From an uncultured Syntrophobacterales bacterium (GTDB lineage: Bacteria; Desulfobacterota; Syntrophia; Syntrophales; UBA5619), in the NCBI GenBank assembly GCA_903928915.1, contig CAIYSL010000068.1, forward strand, positions 17,005 through 81,004: 64,000 nt of DNA. The letters are read 5' to 3'. Of this stretch, positions 9,649-17,998 are shown piece after piece; the stretch's first letter is position 1; each line of letters starts with the position of its first letter. Position numbers and translations under genes: made by a program. Below the pieces are notes generated by a model. The model searched no databases, had not been told where the DNA came from, and was given only the letters and a program-made list of their open reading frames with translations.

Positions 9649-9831
9649 TCAGCCGCGTGCCGGCTGATCTGCGCAGCCCCGGGTGGCGATCGCCGGCGGC
9701 GCGGCGGTCTCCCCCGGCGTCCGGTCGAGTTCCTTTCCGACCGCCAGCCCCAGCCGCTCCTTCACGGAGGGCTTCCGCTCATAGGCGCCGACGCCCAGGA
9801 TGACGGAGACACTCCGATAATCCAGGACCAT
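9649..9831 (-). CDS. candidate 60-aa small protein, no recognisable family
   Basis: The ATG lies 2 nt after the stop of the upstream FrnE-like gene, with GAGGAGAA/GAGG upstream. The stop lies 12 nt before the GH13 ATG. Third codon positions are strongly G/C-biased, as in neighbouring genes. No homology recognised. Confidence 0.35.
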   Translation of the reverse strand: MVLDYRSVSVILGVGAYERKPSVKERLGLAVGKELDRTPGETAAPPAIATRGCADQPARG

Positions 9832-9833
9832 CC

Positions 9834-10451
9834 TCAGGTTCTCCTCTTCACCCCGTTGTCCAGGAGGAGTTTTTCGAGGGTCTCGTAGGGCTGCGCCCCG
9901 ACCACGGCCCAGCCGTCGAGAAGGAAGGTCGGGACCGCCGTGATGCCCAGCTGCGCCGCCAGGTCCCAGTCGGCATCGACGGCGTCGCGGAAGGCGCGTG
10001 TGCGCAGGACTTCTGCGGCCCCGCTGCCGGGAAGGCCCGCCGCCTCGGCAAGTGCGACCAACTCCCCGGGCTCGGCGATGTTGGTCCCGGCTACGTAGTA
10101 GGCCCGAAAGACGGCGCTGTGATACGCATCGCCCTTTCCCTCGCACTCCGCCCATTTGCCCAGCTCCGTGGCGAGCCTGCTGTTGTAAGTCATCGTCCGG
10201 TCGCCGAGCGGCAATTCCGCCTCGGCGGCCGCCCGGCGCTGACGGGCCTTCAGCTCCTGGGGGTCGAGGTTCCGGCCGGCGTAGAGCGTCTCCAGAGAGA
10301 GCCCCTCCTCCGGGGTGTCCGGGTGCAGGGGAAAGGCCCGCCACCGGATTTCGATGGTAAAGTTGTTCCGCAGTCGTTCAATACGCCCGGTACTGAAGTA
10401 GCACCAGGGTCAGACGTAATCGGAAAAGACCTGAAGAATTCTTGTCGTCAT
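9834..10451 (-). CDS. DsbA/FrnE-like thiol oxidoreductase, predicted selenoprotein (UxxC; TGA at 10410-10412)
   Basis: ATG at 10451 preceded by AGGGAGGG. Translation reads MTTRILQVFSDYV-TGA-PWCYFSTGRIERL... and stays in frame, without further stops, into the 126-aa track ORF. The TGA occupies the first Cys of the family's SD(F/Y)VCPWCY motif. A stem-loop lies directly 3' of the TGA. Confidence 0.75.
10386..10409 (-). promoter_or_regulatory. candidate bacterial SECIS hairpin
   Basis: mRNA CCCUGGUGCUACUUCAGUACCGGG immediately follows the UGA. It folds as an 8-bp stem (one G-U pair) with a bulged U and a 7-nt loop. The loop lacks the G-rich apex of the E. coli fdhF SECIS, so the assignment is tentative. 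Confidence 0.4.
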
Positions 10452-10703
10452 GGGGCCCTCCCTGATCTTCCTGCTTCTCGCACATTCCCGGGGCGGTAAC
10501 TAGTCCGCAGCGGCCGGGAGGGACGGGCGGCCGGACCGTTGGCGCGGCCCTGCCTGGATCGCAGGCGGACCTCCCGGGAAGCGGGTCTTCAATCCGGACG
10601 GGCAAGACGCCGACGGCCGTCGTGGGCAGGGGAAAGGGATGGCGCGCCGTCCCGCTTTTGCGGGAACGGAGCGTACCGCGGGCGAATGCCGGTCCCGCGC
10701 CTT

Positions 10704-11144
10704 TCAGTATGGCGGCAGGTTCATCAAAACCCAGTACAGCCCTATTTCGGAGACCGCCTCGGTAAATTTCTCGAATTCGACGGGCTTCACGATATAGCTG
10801 TTGACTCCGAGATCGTAGCTCCTGATCAGGTCCCGATGCTCCTTCGAGGAGGTCAGGATCACCACCGGCAGGGTCTTGGTCCTCTCGTCCGCTCTGAGGG
10901 CGCGCAGAACGTCGAGGCCGTCGACCTTGGGAAGCTTGAGGTCGAGCAGGACCACGCGCGGCCGCTGTCCCGTGTCGCGTCCGGCGTACTTCCCCGTCCC
11001 GAAGAAATACTCCAGCGCCTCCTGACCGTCCTTGAGCACCGTGACGCGGTTGGCAAGGCGGTGGGTCTGCAGGGCGTCGAGGGTCAACTCCGCGTCGGCC
11101 GGGTTGTCCTCCACCAAGACGATGTCCAGGATGTGTTCATGCAT
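10704..11144 (-). CDS. stand-alone response regulator receiver domain (CheY-like)
   Basis: 146 aa. Acidic pocket (VEDNPAD), phospho-acceptor [13 protein letters not shown] (ILTSS) and K (VKP) all present. No output domain. Confidence 0.9.
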   Translation of the reverse strand: MHEHILDIVLVEDNPADAELTLDALQTHRLANRVTVLKDGQEALEYFFGTGKYAGRDTGQRPRVVLLDLKLPKVDGLDVLRALRADERTKTLPVVILTSSKEHRDLIRSYDLGVNSYIVKPVEFEKFTEAVSEIGLYWVLMNLPPY

Positions 11145-11187
11145 GGCGTCTTCCCTTCGTCAGGAGTGCCCCTCGCCGGAGGTGTTT

Positions 11188-11212
11188 AAAAAAATCTGCC
11201 CGGTTTCCCGGG
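11188..11212 (-). terminator. short GC hairpin with GAAA loop followed by U7, about 45 nt upstream of the receiver gene
   Basis: The minus strand reads CCCGG-GAAA-CCGGG-CAGA-UUUUUUU. The stem is only 5 bp, so the terminator or attenuator call is weak. Confidence 0.3.
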
Positions 11213-11524
11213 ATTTGTCAATGGATTTGTTCCCCCAGGCGGTGACCGTTCCCGTGTGCCCCCAGACACCGCGGCGGGTGAGGCCGGGGGCGACGGCCGG
11301 ACGGCGCCCCGGGGCTGCTGCGGCGTCTTCCCCCGACGAAACCCCCTGCTCGTGCCGATAAGCCGGAAACAGTTGAGAAAATTACTGATTGCCGCCCCGC
11401 CTGAACCGGACTGTTAAGCAATGTGGCGATCATGCCGATAAGAGACGTATAGTCGTATCGGAGATGCCCCGGTCCCCCGCGGGAGCGCGGGCTTGCCCTA
11501 ACATGCTGCGAGGATGAAATAGCC

Positions 11525-14500
11525 ATGAAGAGATCGTACGTCGGTGTGCCCCTGTATGTGATCGCGATGACATTCGTCGGCGCCCTTCTGGCAGCGCCGC
11601 AGACCCTGGGCGCCCAATCCGCGGAGGAGTACCGGTTTGTGGCGAAATGGGGTCCTCCCGATTTCACGCGAGACGGAAACGTTAAGAACCCCCAAGGGAT
11701 AGCGGTCGATACCGCAGGCGCTGTCTACGTCGCCGATACGGGGAACCACCGCATCCAGAAATTCACCTCTGCCGGCAGCCTCAGCCTGAAATGGGGGGCA
11801 CAGGGCAGCGGCAACGGGCAGTTCAGTTCCCCGGCGGGAATTGCGGTCGACTCCGGCGGGGGCGTCTATGTCGCCGATACGGGGAACCATCGCATCCAGA
11901 AGTTTTCCTCGTCGGGCGTTTTCACCCTGACGTGGGGTTCACGAGGGGCCGGGGACGGACAGTTCTCTTCTCCCGGGGGGGTGGCTGTCGACGCCGCGGG
12001 AAATGTCTATGTCGCTGATACCGGGAACCATCGCATCCAGAAATTCAGCCCCTCGGGAACATTCCTCACCAAGTGGGGCTCCCAAGGGACGGGCAGCGGA
12101 CAGTTCTATTGGCCGAGCGGCGTAGCCGTCGACGCCACGGGCAGCAATGTCTATGTGGCTGATACCTATAACAATCGCATCCAAAAATTCACCTCGTCGG
12201 GGGCGTTCGTTACCAAGTGGGGCCAGTATGGCCGCTGGGTCCCCATGCAGGGTGAGTTCCAGTTGCCTCAAGGGGTGGCCGTTGACACCTACGGCTATGT
12301 CTATGTCACCGATCATGACAACAATGCAGTCCAAAAATTCGGCGCTTCCGGCAGCTACGTAATGGAATGGTATGGACAGGGAGACGCGCATCTGCAGGGG
12401 CCTTTCGGTATCGCCGCTGACACCGCGGGCAATGTCTATGTAGCGGATCAGCATGCATCAGCCATTCAAAAGTACACCAATCTCGGCGAGTCGCGCGCAA
12501 GGTGGGGAAACCAAATCCCCGAAGGCCAACTGGGAAATCCCGCGGGCATCGCCGTCGACGATGCGGGAAACGTCTACATCCACGACAGGTATAACTTCGG
12601 CATCGAGAAATTCTCCCCCGCGGGAACCTTCATCACCAGGTGGGGCTCATGGGGGCTCGGTGTCGGGTTGGGAGGCGGGCATTTCGAGCTTCCCAGAGGC
12701 GTGGCCGTCGACGGCATGGGGTATGTATACGCGATAGACTCCTGGAACGACACCGTGCAGAAGTTTTCTTCTTCGGGATCGTCAATCATCCACTGGGGGT
12801 CATTGGGGGCAGGCAACGGACAGTTCGATTATCCGGTAGATGTCGCCGCTGATGCGGAGGGAAATGTCTATGTCGTCGACAGCAACAACGTCTGCATCAA
12901 GAAATTTACCTCGTCGGGAGCCTTCATCACGAAATGGGGTTCGCGGGGGACAGGGGATGGGCAGTTCGATTACGCTCCCAATGCCATTGCCGTCGACCGC
13001 GCGGGGCATGTCTATGTCGGCGAGGGCCCTCTCATCCAGAAATTTACCTCGACGGGGACCTTCATCGGCAAGTGGGGTTCAAACGGAACCGGTGACGGAC
13101 AACTCAAATGCATATCCGGGATAGCGGTCGATGCCGCGGGATATGTCTATGTCACTGATACCTGTAATAACCGCATCCAGAAATTCACCTCCTCGGGGAC
13201 ATTCGTCGCCAAGTGGGGCGCACTGGGTTCGGATGACGGCAATTTCAGTGCTTATGGCCCGGACAGGATAGCCGTCGACGCCGACGGGAACGTGTATGCC
13301 ACCGATCCTGCGGCCTGGACCGTTCAAAAGTTTGCTCCTGCCGCGTCGTCCGCATCCGGTATCCCCCTCTACTTCCCCCACATCGCCACAAGCGGAGGCT
13401 GGCAGACGGAGATCGCCGTCATCAACACCAGCGGCAGCCAGACCGTAAACGGAACGCTGAAGGGCTACAGCGATCAGGGGCAGGCGGTCGAGACCAAACC
13501 CGTGACGCTTCCCCCGCATGGCCGAAGAGAGGTCGTCGTTGCCGGCGAGTTTACCAACCACGCGAGCATCGGGTACATCGTCTACGAAGCGGATTCAAGC
13601 ACCGTCCAGGGCTACACGAAGCTTTACAGCAGCGCGGGCGCCTATCGTGCCGCCTTCCCTGCCGTGAAAGAAGTCAATACCGGGGATGTGTACGTCCCCC
13701 ACATCGACGTGACCGCCGAATGGCGGACCATACTCAGCCTGTTGAACACCACTTCGTCGACGAAGACCCTCACGCTCACGTTCAACAGCGGACTTACCCA
13801 GCAGATAGCTCTCGGGGCCAACGAACATCGGACATTCGACATCATGCGGGATTTCTTCTCCAGCCAGCCTCAGCCGGGCATCAAATCGGCGGTGCTCAGG
13901 AGTGCTGGCGGCATCGTCGGGTTGGAGATGTTCGGCAATGCCAACAACCAGCAGTTGGACGGCATTCTCCTGACGGACAAGACCGCTCAGACCCTGTACT
14001 ACCCGCATGTCGATACGAACGGATGGTGGACGGGCATCGTAGCCTACAACCCGTCAAGCTCGGATAGCACCATAATGATCCGGCCCTACGACAGGTATGG
14101 GACCCCCCTTACCCCGATGGTCGATACCATCGGGGCGGGAACCAATTATGTCCGTGCTATTCCGCTTCAACTGGGCCTTTCCGCCAATGCTGCCTGGTTC
14201 AAGATAGACTCTCCGCAGCCGCTCTCGGCATTCGAGCTGTTCGGCAGCAGCGACGGTAACCAGTTAGGTGCCTATGCGGGCAACGGCAGCGCAGGGTCGC
14301 GGTCGGGGGTATTCGCCAAGATCGAGAAGCGGGGCTGGACCGGGATTGCCTTTGTGAATACCGAGGACGGCGCCGCGACCGTCACCCTGACCGCGTACAA
14401 CAACTCCGGCGCCGTCGTGGCCACGAGTGTGCTTTCGGTCGGCGGCCGTGCCAAGGAAGTCCGGGTTGCCGAAGCGATGTTCAGCCAGGATGTGAGCAGC

Positions 14501-14599
14501 GCCACCTACATAGGCTTCAGTTCGGACCGGAACGTTGTGGGGTTTCAGCTCAACGGCAGTTCTGACTGGCTGATGCTTGACGGGCTGCCGGCGCTGTAG
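11525..14599 (+). CDS. secreted NHL-repeat protein (two six-bladed beta-propellers) with a C-terminal four-fold repeat of unknown family
   Basis: N-terminal signal-like segment. Twelve ~47-aa NHL units of consensus KWGSxGxGxGQFxxPxGIAVDxxGNVYVADTxNHRIQKFTSSGxF, followed by four ~105-aa repeats. Confidence 0.9.
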   Translation: MKRSYVGVPLYVIAMTFVGALLAAPQTLGAQSAEEYRFVAKWGPPDFTRDGNVKNPQGIAVDTAGAVYVADTGNHRIQKFTSAGSLSLKWGAQGSGNGQFSSPAGIAVDSGGGVYVADTGNHRIQKFSSSGVFTLTWGSRGAGDGQFSSPGGVAVDAAGNVYVADTGNHRIQKFSPSGTFLTKWGSQGTGSGQFYWPSGVAVDATGSNVYVADTYNNRIQKFTSSGAFVTKWGQYGRWVPMQGEFQLPQGVAVDTYGYVYVTDHDNNAVQKFGASGSYVMEWYGQGDAHLQGPFGIAADTAGNVYVADQHASAIQKYTNLGESRARWGNQIPEGQLGNPAGIAVDDAGNVYIHDRYNFGIEKFSPAGTFITRWGSWGLGVGLGGGHFELPRGVAVDGMGYVYAIDSWNDTVQKFSSSGSSIIHWGSLGAGNGQFDYPVDVAADAEGNVYVVDSNNVCIKKFTSSGAFITKWGSRGTGDGQFDYAPNAIAVDRAGHVYVGEGPLIQKFTSTGTFIGKWGSNGTGDGQLKCISGIAVDAAGYVYVTDTCNNRIQKFTSSGTFVAKWGALGSDDGNFSAYGPDRIAVDADGNVYATDPAAWTVQKFAPAASSASGIPLYFPHIATSGGWQTEIAVINTSGSQTVNGTLKGYSDQGQAVETKPVTLPPHGRREVVVAGEFTNHASIGYIVYEADSSTVQGYTKLYSSAGAYRAAFPAVKEVNTGDVYVPHIDVTAEWRTILSLLNTTSSTKTLTLTFNSGLTQQIALGANEHRTFDIMRDFFSSQPQPGIKSAVLRSAGGIVGLEMFGNANNQQLDGILLTDKTAQTLYYPHVDTNGWWTGIVAYNPSSSDSTIMIRPYDRYGTPLTPMVDTIGAGTNYVRAIPLQLGLSANAAWFKIDSPQPLSAFELFGSSDGNQLGAYAGNGSAGSRSGVFAKIEKRGWTGIAFVNTEDGAATVTLTAYNNSGAVVATSVLSVGGRAKEVRVAEAMFSQDVSSATYIGFSSDRNVVGFQLNGSSDWLMLDGLPAL
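11636..13342 (+). repeat. 12 tandem intragenic NHL units (~141 nt each)
   Basis: Recurrent nucleotide core GTCTATGTCGCCGATACGGGGAACCAYCGCATCCAGAAATTCAC, visible at about 11716, 11866, 12006, 12150 and 13147. These are coding repeats, not a CRISPR array. Confidence 0.85.
13361..14596 (+). repeat. four tandem ~105-aa repeats (motif [YV]-x-P-H-[IV]-[AD]-x(3,4)-W-x-T-x-[IL]-x(3)-N-[TP]-[ST])
   Basis: The repeats start at LYFPHIATSGGWQTEIAVINTS, VYVPHIDVTAEWRTILSLLNTT, LYYPHVDTNGWWTGIVAYNPS and a degenerate GVFAKIEKRGWTGIAFVNTE. Each continues with alternating beta-strand-like patterns. Confidence 0.7.
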
Positions 14600-14639
14600 C
14601 GGTCGACGACAGCCGCGGAAGGCGTGGGCCGGGCGCTGC

Positions 14640-16157
14640 CTATGCCAGAGGAACCCCGCCGTTGATCCGTTCGTAGGCGGCGATGTACTGGTCGACCATG
14701 CGGTCGGGGTTGTCCCGTGTGCGGGTTTCCCGCATGATCCTGCGGAGCTGTGATTCCCGCACCTCGGCGGGCCGGCGGTGGAATTCAACGCTCCGGTGCA
14801 GGCCGTACCACAGCCCGCCGGAATCGTAATCGCGAAACAGAAAGCCGTTGCCCGCGTCTTCGGGGGCGCCGTCGACTGCGAGGGCCATTTCCCGGATCTT
14901 GTCGTGGTAGCCCCCGGTATCCCGATTCGTCACCGTCGCCCCGTACAGATTCCCGAGCTGATCGATCTGCCCGCAGGGCTCGTACAGCGACGCCCCGAAC
15001 ACGTCGCTCGCCGCCGCGAATCCGAGCATCGACAGTGACTCTGCGAAGCGGTGGTAGACGATCTTTCCTCCGGAGGACCAGGCGATCCGGCCGCAGATCT
15101 CTTCGTGGCTCCGGTCCCCGCCCACGCCGTTGCCGACGATGGCGATCTGGACGTCGCCGTGGTCTATGACGAAGCGGTGGGCGATATCCTCCAGGAGGTG
15201 GATCCCCTTCTGGGTCGGGTCCAGCCGCGACGGCCAGTACAGGAGGATCGCTTCCGGGTCGACCCGCAGCCCCGTCCGCCGCTGGAACTCCACGAGGTTT
15301 TGCCGTTTGGCCTCGAGGACGCGGTCCTCCGGTCCGTACGGCACGGTCACGTGGGGGCAGCGTTCGGGATGGAGGACCGGCGACGGGGCGTTGAAGATCG
15401 TCAGCGTCTGCCCGTGCTCGTGTTTGATCCTGATCTCCCGGCGGAGGTCCGCTCCGAACAGCGCCTCCCCCCCGAACTGGCCCTCCACGACCTCCTGGAG
15501 AAACCGCCGTCCGACGAAACTCACCAGGGAGGCGTTTTTGATCGCCGTGGCATGGTTGTCGATATGGTGGCTGCCGTTTCCGCTCATGAAGTACAGATAC
15601 GGGGCCAGCGGCGCCAGTTCGACCCCGGCCAGCATGTCCAGCGGCGTCTGTCCGGTGTGGATGTTGTGGACGGTGTGCAGGACCGGGCAGCCGCGCAGTC
15701 TGGCGTAGGCGGTGATGATTCCCCCTGCCATCCAGTCGTGACTGTGGACGATCAGCCTGCCCGAGTACTTCGCCCGGACGTTGGTGATGATGTGGTTCAC
15801 CACCTGCTTCTGGAATTCGGCGGCATTCTGATGGGGAAGGCCTTCATAGGCGCTGGCGAGATGGGAAAAGACGGAGGAGTTGACCAGATGGATCTTCTCC
15901 GGGTCGATGCGATTCCGGAGTTCGTACCAGGCATCGTCGTCGAGACGGCACTCCTGTTGAAACCGCCGCTTGAGGTACAGGGTAGCGATATGGCACTCGA
16001 CCCCCCGTTCCGTGAGGCCGCTGCAGAGCGCGGCGATCACCTCGCCCAGCCCGCCGCTCTTGCTGGCGATGTAGCGCGCCAGGTGGCCCATCGTGTCCGG
16101 CAGACGGGCCGTCTCCGGCGCGATGAGCAGTACCGCTGTCTTGTCCGGCTTACCCAT
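14640..16157 (-). CDS. glgA: glycogen/starch synthase-like glycosyltransferase (GT5)
   Basis: N-terminal KSGGLGEV (KxGGL motif), HSHDWMAG, and a C-terminal GT1-type half ending SLYEPCGQ. Divergent from classical GlgA, so donor and acceptor specificity is uncertain. Confidence 0.75.
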   Translation of the reverse strand: MGKPDKTAVLLIAPETARLPDTMGHLARYIASKSGGLGEVIAALCSGLTERGVECHIATLYLKRRFQQECRLDDDAWYELRNRIDPEKIHLVNSSVFSHLASAYEGLPHQNAAEFQKQVVNHIITNVRAKYSGRLIVHSHDWMAGGIITAYARLRGCPVLHTVHNIHTGQTPLDMLAGVELAPLAPYLYFMSGNGSHHIDNHATAIKNASLVSFVGRRFLQEVVEGQFGGEALFGADLRREIRIKHEHGQTLTIFNAPSPVLHPERCPHVTVPYGPEDRVLEAKRQNLVEFQRRTGLRVDPEAILLYWPSRLDPTQKGIHLLEDIAHRFVIDHGDVQIAIVGNGVGGDRSHEEICGRIAWSSGGKIVYHRFAESLSMLGFAAASDVFGASLYEPCGQIDQLGNLYGATVTNRDTGGYHDKIREMALAVDGAPEDAGNGFLFRDYDSGGLWYGLHRSVEFHRRPAEVRESQLRRIMRETRTRDNPDRMVDQYIAAYERINGGVPLA

Positions 16158-16612
16158 AGTTCCGTCGAGGTCTCGCAGGCGATTGCGCCGTCAAACGGCG
16201 ATATGAATTCCTCCTTCTTCGGTGGCCTTGACCGCTGTCTCGCAGTTCATCCAATGAAATAAGCAAGATACATGCCGTTACCCCATCCGGAGAGGGGCGG
16301 GCCGCCGCAGACGCGGGGCCTATGGCGCCGACAACCAGTATTCGTTAGTGATATAGGAGAGATGAAAAGCTGCGGCCCGAATCGATCCCGGTGCGGGGTT
16401 TCGGCGCGGGGAGGGCGGCATACAGTCAACGCATTGACGGGGCGGCCGAATGATACATCCTCCTGTCGGGAAAATCCTGCAAGGTGGTTCTCTGCCTGCC
16501 GGACCCGTGCCGCGCGCCTTCGGAGGCTTTACAATCCGTTCCGCCTGGTTTATGGTTGCGGACCCGGGGCAGCATTCCGCTCACGGCAAGACCTCAGCGA
16601 ACGGGGAACTGG

Positions 16613-17842
16613 ATGAAGAAGCTGCTGGAAACCATCGCGCGCCTCATACGGGCCCCGGGGTGGTCGGGCTTTTCTTTGGGGCTGCTGCCGCTGTTCATGC
16701 TGGCCCACTTCGGGCACCACACGGTCAATGCGCTGGCCGTCCCCCTGCTGCCGATGATCCGCGAGGATTTCGGCCTTGACTACACCCGGGCCGGACTCCT
16801 CGTAGCCGCCCTGACGGTGCCGTACGGGCTGAGCCAGTTTCCGGCCGGGTGGCTGGCCGACCGGCTGGGACCCCGCCTCCTTCTGACCGTGGGCATCAGC
16901 GGCGTGGCCGCAGCCGGGCTCCTGGCCGGGCTTGCGCCCGGTTACCCACTGCTGTTTCTCGCCCTGGTTGCGATGGGAATTGCCGGCGGCGGGTACCATC
17001 CGGCAGCCCCGCCGCTGATCGCGGCGGTCGTGGAACCCCAAAACCGCGGCCGGGCCATGGGGCTGCACATGGTGGGCGGCAGCGCCCCCTTTTTCCTGGC
17101 GCCGCTCATGGCCGTCGCCCTGGCCGCAGCCTGGGGATGGCGGGGCACCTTCATCGCGCTGGCACTTCCCACGATCCTGTTCGGCGTCGTTTTCCATCTG
17201 CTGCTGGGGCGGCACCTGAGTGCGAAGGCGGCCGGCGAAGGGGCAGGCCCTTCCTCCCCGCAGACGGAAGCGGCTTCCCCCGGCGCTGCCCGGCGCATCG
17301 CGCCGTTCATCGTGCTCAGCACGGTCACCCACAGCGTGACCTATTGCGTGATCGCCTTCATCCCGCTGTACATGGTCGACCGGTTCGGCCTGGGCAAGGA
17401 GGCGGCCGCGGCCTTCATCGCCCTATTCTACTCCGCCGGGCTCTGGGCGAGCCTGCTGGGCGGTGTGCTGGCCGACCGCTTCGGGAGCGTAGCCGTGGTG
17501 CTTGCGGTCTGCCTCCTGACGGGCCCCGCCATCTACCTCCTGAACGTCATCCCCACCGCCTTCGGCGTCGGCTGTCTGCTGTTCGTGCTCGGGGGATGCA
17601 ACTACGTCCGCACACCCGTGTCGGAAACCTATCTCGTCGCCGGGACGACCGAACGGAATCGTTCCACCGTGCTCGGTGTCTACTATTTTGCCACCTACGA
17701 AGGGGGCGGGGTGTTGACCCCCCTCATGGGGCTCTTGATGGATCGGCTCGGGTTCGCCGCGAGCTTCACACTGGCCGCGGCGCTCCTGCTTGCGGTCTCC
17801 CTCGTCTGCGGGGTCTGGCTGCGGCGCGGCGCGAGGCATTAA
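16613..17842 (+). CDS. MFS transporter
   Basis: ATG at 16613 (MKKLLETIARL). About 12 predicted TM segments, with the MFS loop motif GWLADRLGPR. The track start at 16484 is a spurious extension. Confidence 0.85.
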   Translation: MKKLLETIARLIRAPGWSGFSLGLLPLFMLAHFGHHTVNALAVPLLPMIREDFGLDYTRAGLLVAALTVPYGLSQFPAGWLADRLGPRLLLTVGISGVAAAGLLAGLAPGYPLLFLALVAMGIAGGGYHPAAPPLIAAVVEPQNRGRAMGLHMVGGSAPFFLAPLMAVALAAAWGWRGTFIALALPTILFGVVFHLLLGRHLSAKAAGEGAGPSSPQTEAASPGAARRIAPFIVLSTVTHSVTYCVIAFIPLYMVDRFGLGKEAAAAFIALFYSAGLWASLLGGVLADRFGSVAVVLAVCLLTGPAIYLLNVIPTAFGVGCLLFVLGGCNYVRTPVSETYLVAGTTERNRSTVLGVYYFATYEGGGVLTPLMGLLMDRLGFAASFTLAAALLLAVSLVCGVWLRRGARH

Positions 17843-17998
17843 ATTTGCTAGTGAGTGATCGGGAGGCGGCCGCACGGCCATCCCCCGGGCGGGCGATGCC
17901 GGCCGCAGCGCTGCGGCCAGGGCGCCCGGGGCTGCCGGCGGGAAGCGCTGCGACGCCGGTTTTTTGACGCAATCCATGACAAGGAGACGAGCAACCCT

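Noticed and set aside
11420-11450. Sigma-54 promoter (TGGC...GC) upstream of the NHL gene
   Set aside because: The spacing between the GG and GC elements is wrong (9 or 17 nt offset instead of 12), and no TTGC element is present.
11636-13342. Regularly spaced ~141-nt repeats that might look like a CRISPR or satellite array
   Set aside because: They lie in one uninterrupted reading frame encoding NHL blades. There are no short spacers and no cas genes.
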